This document shows, one piece after another, positions 1 through 12,117 of a stretch of DNA of 64,000 bases (position 1 is its first letter; each line of letters opens with the position of its first letter). The notes under the pieces are model-generated. The model had not been told where the DNA came from. It saw only the letters and a list, made by a program, of their open reading frames with translations, and made no database searches. The DNA comes from Octopus sinensis (lineage: Eukaryota). Location: the NCBI RefSeq assembly GCF_006345805.1, contig NC_043023.1:8804001-8868000 (forward strand), read 5' to 3'. A program made the translations under genes and the position numbers.

Positions 1-2094
1 TCAACAGAGATTACCCACAAGAACTGGACAAAGAACCGATCTAGATCTGGAAGTAAACCCAGATCATTTCCCCAGGTGGTTAAAAACAATACTAACAAGA
101 AATTGAAAAATAATATAAATAATATACATATAAAAACAAACAGAATACGAAAAGAAAACATAACGAAACCAGGTAAAATACCACAACCAAAACGCAAAAT
201 TCATCAAGCAAACATCAACAGGAATATAAATCATAAACGGGAAAAATTCCATTTTTTACGTCAGGACAACAAACACCGGAGAAAGAAAAATCCAAGAGGA
301 AACATACCCAAACCACTGAACGTATAGATCCTAAAATAATTAATTTTATCAAAAAGAGATCTTGACAATGATGAAATCCAACTTCTGTCAAAAGGACTGA
401 AATTCACACCTACACCAACAGCCAACCACCAAGAATTAAAGGAGGCTATCCAAAATTCTGTCGAAATTACGACTTGTAGAATTCTTCGCTAACAAAAGTA
501 ATGAGATTGATGAATCCCTAGTTAAGGAATAAATCAAATTTCACCCCACCAAAAGGAAGAAATAACTATTTTGACCAATACATTGATATCCTGTCTAAAT
601 TTCCCCTTAGACGCAATACCAATGTTAGGCCAAACATTAACAAATCAGAGTGTCTGCTTGTAAACGTATACAAAACGATCAAACAATAATAATAAAACAA
701 GCAGATAAAGGTGGTGCAATTGTTATTATGGATACCGAATACTATAAGGAATTGGTTGAGGACCAACTGAAGGACACAACTTTCTATTGTGAAATACCCT
801 CAAATATAGACCACCACATCATGAAAAAGATCAACAACCTGATTTCAAACACTACAACTCACTTACCGATAATGAAAGAGACTACATCACCAATTTCGAA
901 CCAAAACCCAGCAACTTCTACGGCTTACCGAAAATACATAAATCAAGATATTAAACAGGCAGTAAAAGAACAAGAAAGTGAGTACATAAAATTACTACAT
1001 CCAAAAGACCTAACACTTAGACCTATCATAGCTGGTCCAGCATGCCCTACCCACCGTCTACAATTTTATTGACATTGTTTTGAAACCACTATGTACTTAC
1101 CCAGTTTTCTCAGGGATGACATCGACTTCCTGTCCCATCTTCCAAAACAACAAAACACATCTTCAGTTTTACTAAGTTTTGATGTGGTAAGCCTCTACAC
1201 CAATATTCCCACGATTTAGGAATAAAGGCGATTAAATACTGGTTAGAAAACATAGAGAAGTGATTCCCAGTAGATTCACAGTGTCATTTTTTAGACACAG
1301 TCAAACTTATTCTAGAAAACAACACGTTCTTCTTCAATGAAAGAATTACATCCAAATTAGAGGCACGGCGATGGGAACGAGGTTTGCTCCCGTTTACGCC
1401 ACTCTGTAATTGGATACTTAGAACAACAACTCTACCAAGAGGTGGAGGTAAACTATGGCACTGGATTTAGAAAGTATATGAAAAGGCATGGAGAGAGATA
1501 CCTTGACGACTGCTGCATAATCTGGACAGAATCTCCTAAATACTCTGGAAGAGTTCAATATCCTCCTGAACAACCTACACCCATCTCTCTAATTTACAAA
1601 GGAGATGAGTAGTACCAAATTACCATTCATAGATATAATGGTAATTAAAAAGGACACCACCATCACCACAGATATATACTATAAACACACAGACACACAT
1701 CAATAACTGAATTTTAAGTCGTGACATCCACCACATACAAAACGTAACATCCCATACTGCCTAGCCAGAAGAATTTGTACCATTGTAGAAGATGCAAATA
1801 TCAGGAACAAACGCCTAACAGAACTAAGAGAATTTTTGCTCAAACAGAAATACCCATCTCTACTTATAGAAAATGGCATACAGCGGGCTATAAAAATACC
1901 CATACAACAACTTAGGACAACCCAGGAAGAGGAAAACAAGAACAAGTCATACCATTCATAGTGCACACAACCCATGTCACCAGAATATCTTCAACATTGC
2001 CAAAGCAAACCTACCAATCATTGCTCAAAGTAATGAATTAAAAGATATAATCACGGATCGAGCTATTGTTCTTAGTAAAAGACAGCCTAAAAAC

Positions 2095-2544
2095 TTGAAA
2101 CAATTACTAACAAAGGCAAAATTTGACCTTAGCAACAAAGACCAAACATTCACTGTATCTAAATGCAATGATAGCCGATGTAGCACATGTCAATTCATAC
2201 ATACCGGCCAATATATAAACACAAAAACCGGGAAAATATTCACAAACGCGAATATGAACTGCAAAAGCAAAAATTTAATTTACTGCATCAAATGCCCAAA
2301 TTGTGAAGAAATATGTGTAGGTCAGACGGGAAATGCACTATCAGAACGTTCACGTGTACACCGACAAAAGATTAGAAACCCAGAGGTCCGTCAGATACCT
2401 TTGAGTAACCACCTAGCAACATGTGGTCGGAAAATATATATAATATTTTCATTCCACAAATTACACAGCCCAAGTGAAATCGAGAGGAAAATCAGAGAAA
2501 AGAATTTTATTGATAAATTCGAACCCAAGCTAAATAAGCAGTAA
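2095..2544 (+). pseudogene. PLE GIY-YIG endonuclease domain (C-terminus of the disrupted ORF)
   Basis: CNDSRCSTC linker, NLIYCIKCPNCEEICVGQTGNALSERSRVH, terminal REKNFIDKFEPKLN. Confidence 0.88.
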
Positions 2545-2850
2545 TAATAATACTTAGAGGTACTACTTCTACTGCTACGACCATGACCACTAACAACAAC
2601 AACAATACTAAAGGTGATCAAGATGAAAGAGCAGGAAAATTACTTATTTAGGGTTAAAAGTTCTATTGCCACCACATCACCACTAGCAACAGTAATTAAG
2701 GTGCTGACAAAGATGATGATGACAATTGAAATATAGAAATCCCTGACAAAGGCTATTTACAACATTTCTAAAAATAGCCCAACAATTGCTGCCTCGGCCA
2801 GGGTTAAGATACAGGACTCTTGACATGTTCAACAAAGCGTGACGCCCTAA

Positions 2851-2963
2851 ACCAATCAGCTCAACCAACCAATCAGCTTAAGTAATTGAGTGATACTACA
2901 CACTGATTGGGCAGAATACAGTTTCAAAACCTAGCAATCTGGAGCCTATACAGCTGTATTTAA
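2851..2963 (+). promoter_or_regulatory. Putative pLTR internal promoter (two CCAAT boxes, TATTTAA)
   Basis: CCAATCAGC twice within 2851-2880 and TATTTAA near 2957, upstream of the hammerhead; function inferred only. Confidence 0.3.
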
Positions 2964-3027
2964 GGCACAGATTTAATCATCTCGTTACAGTCAAAAATTG
3001 TGAAGCATGACTGTCACCACTACTACA

Positions 3028-3072
3028 TGAACCTGAAGATTGCAGAATTTAATGCATGAAAGTACTAGTTCA
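3028..3072 (+). ncRNA. Minimal type I hammerhead ribozyme (PLE pLTR)
   Basis: TGAAC-CTGAAGA-tTGCA(gaatttaa)TGCAt-GAAA-GTAC(palindromic loop)-TA-GTTCA; stem I TGAAC/GTTCA. Confidence 0.8.
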
Positions 3073-3204
3073 ATCAGAATGAACATTTAACATTCTATTA
3101 TTTTATTTTATTATATTATATTATTTTATTTTATTATATCATTATAAGATTGTAAATAAAACGTGAAAATCAGACAAGGTTAGAATCCCTTTTATTAATA
3201 TATA

Positions 3205-6200
3205 TCACTTTGATCAATTTGACTGACCAGTCCGTCAGGCGTCCATTTGACACTGCTGGTCACAGCACGCTGTCTACTCCTCTCTGGATCGCGGATTTCT
3301 CATCCACGTGATCCCAATCGTCCTCCTGAAATCGTAACTCCACCGTCGTGGAGGTCTTCCGGGTGGTCTTTTCCGCTCACGCGGGTACCACTCGGCAACT
3401 GCGTGCGTCCACCGATTATCGGTGAGCCGGGCGACGTGTCCAGCCCATCTATACTTGCTGCGTGTATACTTTGCGATGACATCCCTCACGCAGGACTTCT
3501 TTCTGATGATCTTGCTACTTATGTGCTCTCTCAGCGAGATACCAAGCATTGACCTTTCCATGGCTCTTTCAGCCGTTACCAGTCTTTGCTCTTCTCTCTT
3601 TGTGGTAGCCCATGTTTTCAGTACCATATAACATTGCAGGCAGTACTGCACTGTTAATGAGGTTGGCGCGGGTGTTCTGTCCAACCTTCCCTGAGCACAT
3701 CCCTTATGCCATTGAACGCCTTCCATCCGGCCCTTACTCCCGTGAGATCTCCTTTTTGATATCCCGGCACATATTTAACTCCTGTCCCAGGTAGACATAT
3801 TCTCTCACCTCCTCTATCATCACGCCGATCACCATTCGATCTGTTGGTACATTGTCTGACCGCATGAACTTTGTTTTCATGCGGTTCATCTTGGGACCTA
3901 CTGCAGAACTTTTGATGTCGAGCTCCGTCAGCATGGTCTGAAGCTGATCCATGTTTTCAGCGATGAGTACGAGTTCGTCAGCGAAACGGAGGTGAGTGAG
4001 GAGCTCGCCATTGATGTTGACACCACCTTGCCATTCGATGCCTCTGATGATTCGTTCGAGACATGCAGTGAAAAGTTTTGGGGAGATTGTATCTCCTTGC
4101 TTCACTCCCTTCTCGACCGGCACTCGTATGGGTGATGACAGTAGAGCTATGTCGGTGGTGCATCCGGAATTTGGCTCTCTGAGCAGCTGCACATATTGCG
4201 CTTCGATTCCTTGCCTCTGCAGCGAGTTCAGCACTGCGTTGGTTTCGATGCTATCGAAGGCCTTCTCATAATCTATAAACGCAACGCAAAGAGGCAGCTT
4301 GTACTCATTTGCTCGCTCCAGCAGTTGCGTTAGAGCAAATATATGGTCCATTGTGCTGTTGTTCTTCCGGAAGCCTGCTTGCTCCCTCGGTTGGAGTTCG
4401 TCGAGACGACGTGACAACCTGTTCAGAATTATCTTCGTGAACAGCTTGTACACGTGAGACAGCAAGCATATGGGTCGGTTGTTCTTTAGATCTTCTCTGT
4501 CACCCTTCTTATACAGCAGGATGGTATTTGACTCTTTCCACTGCGAGGGAATTTTTCCCTCGTCTAGATAGTGCGCAAATCGCTCAGCGAGGATTTTCCA
4601 GACCTGCTCTCTGCCTGACTTTAGCTCCTCCGATGTTATACCATCTTTCCCTGGGGCCTTTCCGTTTTTCATCGAGCCGATGGCTCTTTCAACCTCACTG
4701 ACAAAGGTTAGGTGGCACGTTTTCTTCCTGTTGGAGTGGTGGTAACGGCTGGACATTTCTGGTAGACTTAAAGAGCTTGGTGTAGAAGTCTTCACAAACT
4801 TTTTCCATCTCGCTCTTCTGGTTGACCGGTATTCCATCTGTGTTTTTCAGGGCCGTCACCTCTGATCTATATAGTACCATGTCCTCTTGCATTTCTTGAG
4901 GCTCTTCTTTTCTTCTGCGGCCTTCAAGAGCTTCTCCATCCGGTATGCCTCAAAGTCTTTCTTTAGTTGTGACGAATCACTCTGCTGAGATGGAATATTC
5001 AAGGTGATCTTCAATAGTCCTCTTCATATTTTTCCTATTCTCGAGTACTTCGTAGTTTCTTCCGAGATTCTTCCCTTCTTTCTCTTGGGCATACACCCTT
5101 AGCCTTCCTTAACACACTCCTTCAGTTTCCCTATCAGTGAGTTGTAGTCATCGTCTATGTCGTCTCCTTGGCACCAGTCTTCCTGCATGATGGCTTCCTG
5201 CAGCTTTGCCTCGTTGTAGACTCGGACACGTTTTCCCTTCGACGCCAAATATAACGCCATCTTCTCCCTCTTCTCGTCGATGACGACCCTCGCCCTTGCC
5301 AGACGATGATCGCTGCCGGTGTTGAATGGCGTCACGACGGAGACGTCATACAATATGCGTCGCTTATCAACCAGGATGTAGTCGATCTCGCTTCGGTGCT
5401 TAGAGTTCGGCGATATCCAAGTCCATCTCTTCCTCTCTCCCTCTTCCTGAATAGGCTGTTTCCCATGTAGAGCTGTCTCGCCTCTGCCATGGTAGCCAAA
5501 CGTTCTCCTCTCTCGTTTCTCTCTCCCATGCCAAATCTCCCGACGTATTCCTCTCCTTGTCCATGTCCAACCTTTGCGTTGAAGTCTCCCATCACGACAG
5601 TGTAAGTGGACTTCATAGCCAGCCCTTTGTCTAGTTGTCGATAGAATTCTTCCACCTCGTCGTCGTCGCTGGCACTTGTGGGAGCATAGGTCTGGACAAT
5701 CTTGAGGGTGGCCTTCCCTGAGAGGTTCACATTTAGTACACCAATCCGTGATGATATGAAGTGGCAAGAAGCGACCCTCGAAGCCCATTCCTTACTTTCG
5801 ATGAATCCGATACCTCCGATCGATCTAGTACCTTCTGCTCTTCCTAATCTCACAGTGCATCCATCTTGCCATCGTATACTCGCTTCCTTCTTCCAGCGTG
5901 TCTCGCACAGCCCTAACACGTCGCACCTGATCTTCTTCCTCTCCTCTTCTTTCATTCTCCCCTCCATTCAGTTTGCTATTTCTGGCCACCTGCCATAGAC
6001 CTGCATTGTAGGTGCATATGGCAAGTTTAGTCCTGTTCCATGACAGCTTTCGGGAACCTGTGATTCTCAGCAGCCTCGCGTCGCTCGAGTTGCACTCCGC
6101 CGTCATGGAGTGGCCCGATTGACGTGCAGGGTACTGAGGCCCTTTTCCTTTTCTCTTCGTTCTTCGTGCTGTTTTAGCCATAAGATGACGCCATCCCACT

Positions 6201-6420
6201 GGCTGGGTGGGCAGGCCGGTATTTGTTTGGATGGCCGTTGACTCTTCAGAAGTTCATCCGCCCTTTGTTGGGTCTTATTTTTCCATCCCACAGGGAGTCC
6301 AACAGCACCCTCCTCACCAAACGAACCTGGTGGGGTTGTCAGTTTAGTCGCCGACGTCCCGACCATGCAACAGGTTGTACTGGATTACATGTTACCAGTA
6401 GCACTCTAGAGCGACCTGAC
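3205..6420 (-). mobile_element. RTE-clade LINE, near full length (~3.2 kb), frameshifted APE-RT ORF
   Basis: APE motifs CDVLGLCET, YAPTS, VMGDFNAKVG, EIDYIL, SDHRL; RT motifs KAPGKDG, RPICLL, EQAGFR, AFIDYEKAFDS, GVKQGDTISPKLF, HLRFADE, YVYLGQ; RTE C-terminus RWAGHVAR..GRPPRRW; short 3' repeat tail; TA flanks. Confidence 0.95.
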
Positions 6421-6424
6421 ATAA

Positions 6425-6461
<37 letters not shown>

Positions 6462-7867
6462 AAAGGGCTTAGTAAAAAAATTACTTTGCCGCATACTGAA
6501 CTCGTTAGAATAGCAGCTAAAAAACTATTTCTAACACTTAAAGAAAAACCTCTCTCATAGTGTGCTTGCTCAATTCAACCCAAGAAAGTATGAGGGTAGA
6601 GACATTAAAAAATCAATGCAAAGGTTATTGAGTACGTACGTTTCAAGATTAGCTCAATTCGCCCTTCTCTCTCAGCTCAGAATTCGAGTTTGAAAACCAC
6701 TGAAAATGTAGCATCCCTTTCGGGCTTGTTATCGCTTCTGAAGATCTTTCCCACTAACAGTGCTAGCTAACTCAAATATGCAAGAGAAAAATTCTGTTCT
6801 CCCCTTTCCAGCGTGGGTTAAAATCAGCAAACACTATCTTTTTCGTAAAACAACAGACAATATCACTCGATTATCGAATTAAATTTGAGAAATGATCATA
6901 AATCAAGATTGAACTAATGCTAGCTACTCAAAATGCAAGAGAAAAATTTCTGTTCTCCTTTCCACCAGCGTGGGTTAAATCAGCAACACTATCTATTTTT
7001 TTCGGTAAATTCCAAGCAAATAAGTAGAGAGAGATGAATTATAATTTACAATTGAGGGTAAATTAATAATTAATTAATCAATTTCACCATATTCAGTAGC
7101 AAAGGGACCATTTAGGCAAATTCAAATTATTACTTATATAAAAGGGCTTAGTAAAATAACTTTACTTTGCCGCATACTGAACTCGTTAAAATAGCAGCTA
7201 AAAAACTATTTCTAACACTTAAAGAAAACCTCTCTCATATGTGCTTGCTCAATTCAACCCAAAAAGTATGAGGGTAGAGACATTAAAAAATCAAATGCAA
7301 AGGTTATTTGAGTACGTACGTTTCAAGATTAGAGCCAAATTCGACCCTTCTCTCCCTCTCATCAGCTCAGAATGCCTTGTTTGAGTTTGAAAACACTGAA
7401 AATGGGAGCATACCTTTCGGCTTGTTATCGCTTCTGAAGATCTGTTCCCAACTAACAGTGCTAGCTAACTCAAATATGCAAGAGAAAAATTTCTGTTCTC
7501 CCCTTTCACCAGCGTGGGTTAAATCAGCAAAACACTATCTTTTTTTCGGTAAAATCCAAGACAAATAAGTAGAGAGAGATGAATTATAATTTCACAATTG
7601 AGGGTAAAATTAATTAATTAATTAATCAATTTCACCAAGTATTCAGTATGCAAGGGACCATTTAAGGCAAATTCAAATTATTACATTATATAAAAGGGCT
7701 TAGTAAAATAAATTACTTTGCCCGCTACTGAACTCGTTAGAAATAGCAGCTAAAAAACTATTTCTAACACTTAAAGAAACCTCTCTCATAGTGCTTGCTC
7801 AATTCAACTCAAAAGTATGAAGTATAGAGAGGGTAGAGACATTACAAAATCAAATGCAAAGGTTATT

Positions 7868-7920
7868 TGAGTACGTACGTTTCAAGATTAGCCAAATTCG
7901 ACCCTTCTCTCATCAGCTCA
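7868..7920 (-). ncRNA. Type I hammerhead ribozyme, array left arm (intact copy; variant copies at ~6630-6680 and 7309-7369)
   Basis: Reverse complement TGAG-CTGATGA-GAGA..TCTT-GAAA-CGTACG-TA-CTCA. Confidence 0.85.
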
Positions 7921-10900
7921 GAATGCCCTTGTTTGAGTTTGAAAACACTGAAAATGGGAGCATACCCTTCGGCTTGTTATCGCTTCTGAAGATCTGTTCC
8001 CAACTAACAGTGCTAGCTAACTCAAATATGCAAGAGAAAATTCTGTTCTCCCCCTTTCCACCAGCGTGGTTAAAATCAGCAAACACTATCTTTTTTCGGT
8101 AAAATCCAAGACAAATAAGTAGAGAGAGATGAATTATAATTCAACAATTGAGGGTAAAATTAATTAATTAATTAATCAATTTCACCAAGTATTCAGTATG
8201 CAAAGGGACCATTTAAGGCAAATTCAAATTATTACATTATATAAAAGGGCTTAGTAAATAAATTACTTTGCCGCATACTGAACTCGTTAGAAATAGCAGC
8301 TAAAAAAAACTATTTCTAACACTTAAAGAAAACCTCTCTCATATAGTGCTTGCTCAATTCAACCCAAGAAAGTATGAGGGTAGAGACATTAAAAAATCAA
8401 ATGCAAAGGTTATTTGAGTACGTACGTTTCAAGATTAGCCAAATTCGCGGCAAAGATTAGCCAAGTATGCGGCAAAGTAATTTATTTTACTAAGCCCTTT
8501 TATATAATGTAATAATTTGAATTTGCCTTAAATGGTCCCTTTGCATACTGAATACTTGGTGAAATTGATTAATTAATTAATTAATTTTACCCTCAATTGT
8601 TGAAATTATAATTCATCTCTCTCTACTTATTTGTCTTGGATTTACCGAAAAAAGATAGTGTTTGCTGATTTTAACCCACGCTGGTGGAAAGGGGAGAACA
8701 GAAATTTTTCTCTTGCATATTTGAGTTAGCTAGCACTGTTAGTTGGGACAGATCTTCAGAAGCGATAACAAGCCGAAAGGGTATGCTCCCATTTTCAGTG
8801 TTTTCAAACTCAAACAAGGGCATTCTGAGCTGATGAGAGAAGGGTCGAATTTGGCTAATCTTGAAACTACGTACTCAAATAACCTTTGCATTTGATTTTT
8901 TAATGTCTCTACCCTCATACTTTCTTGGGTTGAATTGAGCAAGCACTATATGAGAGAGTTTTCTTTAAGTGTTAGAAATAGTTTTTTTAGCTGCTATTTC
9001 TAACGAGTTCAGTATGCGGCAAAGTAATTTATTTTACTAAGCCCTTTTTATAATGTAATAATTTGAATTTGCCTAAATGGTCCCTTTGCATACTGAATAC
9101 TTGGTGAAATTGATTAATTAAATTAATTAATTTACCCTCAATTGTTGAAATTATAATTCATCTCTCTCTACTTATTTGTTTGGATTTACCGAAAAAAAAT
9201 AGTTGTTTTGCTGATTTTAACCCACGCTGGTGGAAAGGGGAGAACAAATTTTTTCCTTGCATATTTGAGTTAGCTAGCACTGTTAGTTGGGAACAGATCT
9301 TCAGAAGCGATAACAAGCCGAAAGGGTATGCTCCCATTTTCAGTGTTTTCAAACTCAAACAAGGGCATTCTGAGCTGATGAGAGAAGGGTCGAATTTGGC
9401 TAATCTTGAAAACGTACGTACTCAAATAACCTTTGCATTTGATTTTTTAATGTCTCTACCCTCATACTTTCTTGGGTTGAATTGAGCAAGCACTATATGA
9501 GAGAGGTTTTCTTTAAGTGTTAGAAATAGTTTTTTTTAGCTGCTATTTCTAACGAGTTCAGTATGCGGCAAAGTATTTATTTTACTAAGCCCTTTTATAT
9601 AATGTAATAATTTGAATTTGCCTTAAATGGTCCCTTTGCATACTGAATACTTGGTGAAATTGATTAATTATTAATTAATTTTACCCTCAATTGTTGAAAT
9701 TATAATTCATCTCTCTCTACTTATTTGTCTTGGATTTTACCGAAAAAAAGATAGTGTTTGCTGATTTAACCACGCTGGTGGAAAGGGGAGAACAGAAATT
9801 TTTCTCTTGCATATTTGAGTTAGCTAGCCTGTTAGTTGGGAACATTCTTCAGAGCCGATAACAAGCCGAAAGGGTATTCCTCCCATTTTTCAGTGTTTTC
9901 AAACTCAAACAAGGGCATTCTGAGCTGATGAGAGAAGGGTCGAATTTTGCTAATCTTGAAACGTACGTACTCAAATAACCTTTGCATTTGATTTTTTAAT
10001 GTCTCTACCCTCATACTTTCTTGGGTTGAATTGAGCAAGCACTATATGAGAGAGGTTTTCTTTAAGTGTTAGAAATAGTTTTTTTAGCTGCTATTTTCTA
10101 ACGAGTTCAGTATGCGGCAAAGTAATTTATTTACTAAGCCCTTTTATATAATGTAATAATTTGAATTTGCCTTAAATGGTCCCTTTGCATACTGAATACT
10201 TGGTGAAATTGATTAATTAATTAATTAATTTACCCTCAATTGTTTGAAATTATAATTCATCTCTCTCTACTTTTTGTCTTGGATTTTACCGAAAAAAAGA
10301 TAGTGTTTGCTGATTTTAACCCCGCTGGTGGAAAGGGGAGAACAGAAATTTTTCTCTTGCATATTTGAGTTAGCTAGCACTGTTAGTTGGGAACAGATCT
10401 TCAGAAGCGATAACAAGCCGAAAGGGTATGCTCCCATTTTCAGTGTTTTCAAACTCAAACAAGGGCATTCTGAGCTGATGAGAGAAGGGTCGAATTTGGC
10501 TAATCTTGAACGTACGTACTCAAATAACCTTGCATTGATTTTTTAATGTCTCTACCCTCATACTTTCTTCCTTGGGTTGAATTGAGCAAGCACTATATGA
10601 GAGAGGTTTTCTTTAAGTGTTAGAAATAGTTTTTTTAGCTGCTATTTCTAACGAGTTTCAGTATGCGGCAAAGTAATTTATTTTACTAAGCCCTTTTATA
10701 AATGTAATAATTTGAATTTGCCTTAAATGGTCCCTTGCATACTGAATACTTGGTGAAATTGATTAATTAATTAATTAATTTTACCCTCAATTGTTGAAAT
10801 TATAATTCATCTCTCTCTACTTATTTGTCTTGGATTTTTACCGAAAAAAAGATAGTGTTTTGCTGATTTTAACCCACGCTGGTGGAAAGGGGAGAACAGA

Positions 10901-11570
10901 ATTTTTTCTCTTGCATATTTGAGTTAGCTAGCACTGTTAGTTGGAACAGATCTTCAGAAGCGATAACAAGCCGAAAGGTATGCTCCCATTTTCAGTGTTT
11001 TCAAACTCAAACAAGGGCATTCTGACTGATGAGAGAAGGGTCGAATTTGGCTAATCTTGAAACGTACGTACTCAAATAACCTTTGCATTTGATTTTTAAA
11101 TGTCTCTACCCTCATACTTTCTTGGTTGAATTGAGCAAGCACTATATGAGAGAGGTTTTCTTTAGTGTTAGAAATAGTTTTTTTAGCTGCTATTTCTAAC
11201 GAGTTCAGTATGCGGCAAAGTAATTTATTTTACTAAGCCCTTTTATATAATGTAATAATTTGAATTTGCCTTAAATGGTCCCTTTGCATACTGAATACTT
11301 GGTGAAATTGATTAATTAATTAATTAATTTAACCCTCAATTGTTGAATTATAATTCATCTCTCTCTACTTATTTGTCTTGGATTTTACCGAAAAAAAGAT
11401 AGTGTTTGCTGATTTTAACCCACGCTGGTGGAAAGGGGAGAACAGAAATTTTTCTCTTGCATATTTGAGTTAGCTAGCACTGTTAGTTGGGAACAGATCT
11501 TCAGAAGCGATAACAAGCCGAAAGGGTATGCTCCCATTTTCAGTGTTTTCAAACTCAAACAAGGGCATTC

Positions 11571-11623
11571 TGAGCTGATGAGAGAAGGGTCGAATTTGGC
11601 TAATCTTGAAACGTACGTACTCA
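11571..11623 (+). ncRNA. Type I hammerhead ribozyme, array right arm (representative; other cores start at 8830, 9375, 9925, 10475, 11026)
   Basis: TGAG-CTGATGA-GAGAagggtcgaatttggctaaTCTT-GAAA-CGTACG-TA-CTCA; palindromic stem III ACGTACGT. Confidence 0.87.
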
Positions 11624-11893
11624 ATAACCTTTGCATTTGATTTTTTAATGTCTCTACCCTCATACTTTCTTGGGTTGAATGGAGCAAGCACTATATGAGA
11701 GAGGTTTTCTTTAAGTGTTAGAAATAGTTTTTTTAGCTGCTATTTCTAACGAGTTCAGTATGCGGCAAAGTAATTTATTTTACTAGCCCTTTATCTAATG
11801 TAATAATTTGAATTTGCCTTAAATGGTCCCTTTGCATACTGAATACTTGGTGAAATTGATTAATTAATTAATTAATTTTACCCTCAATTGTTG

Positions 11894-11931
<38 letters not shown>

Positions 11932-12117
11932 GTCTCTCTGTATATCTGGTTACCGATCAGATTATCTAATATTTTATCTGTTCTCTCTCTTTTTTCCCCT
12001 TTTTGTATCTCTATGTATTTGGTTCTTACGTCTTCATAGATGGTCTAATTAGCGTAGTATATCTAAATTTAGTGAGTTTTGATAATGCAGCATTAATTAA
12101 TATTTCGTTTAGAAGCC

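Larger units (their letters stand above)
1..3200 (+). mobile_element. Penelope-like retroelement (Naiad/Neptune-type), degenerate; 5' end outside window; RT + GIY-YIG endonuclease + 3' pLTR
   Basis: Frameshifted RT motifs in order: KQADKGGAIVIMD, RPIIAG, SFDVVSLYTNIP, GTAMGTRFAP, RYLDD, LPFIDIMV, YYKHTDTHQ, S*HPPHTKRNIPY. Cys-rich linker CNDSRCSTC and GIY-YIG-type NLIYCIKCPNC..VGQT in ORF 2095-2544. Minimal hammerhead in the 3' region; ends in TA repeat. Confidence 0.93.
6452..11900. repeat. Inverted tandem array of ~550-bp hammerhead-containing monomers (retrozyme-like / non-autonomous PLE concatemer)
   Basis: Left arm ~6452-8447 (ribozyme sense minus, ~3.5 units); right arm ~8464-11900 (sense plus), where GTATGCGGCAAAG recurs at ~8465, 9012, 9561, 10110, 10661, 11208, 11758. 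(TA)n on both outer sides; no long ORF. Confidence 0.93.

Noticed and set aside
6200-6420. HDV-like ribozyme expected at some RTE 5' ends
   Set aside because: Could not assemble the double pseudoknot by eye; needs a descriptor search.
6845-6915. Unique insert in the first monomer as a captured sequence
   Set aside because: Lies in the noisiest unit, next to a partial re-duplication; may be low-quality consensus.
6452-11900. Short repeated ORFs in the array (e.g. MQRLFEYVRFKISQ..)
   Set aside because: Frames shift between copies, no domain motifs, antisense to the ribozyme; the array is better explained as non-coding RNA.
6452-11900. CRISPR array or rDNA/snRNA repeat
   Set aside because: No unique spacers, eukaryotic context, no recognisable rRNA or snRNA motifs.
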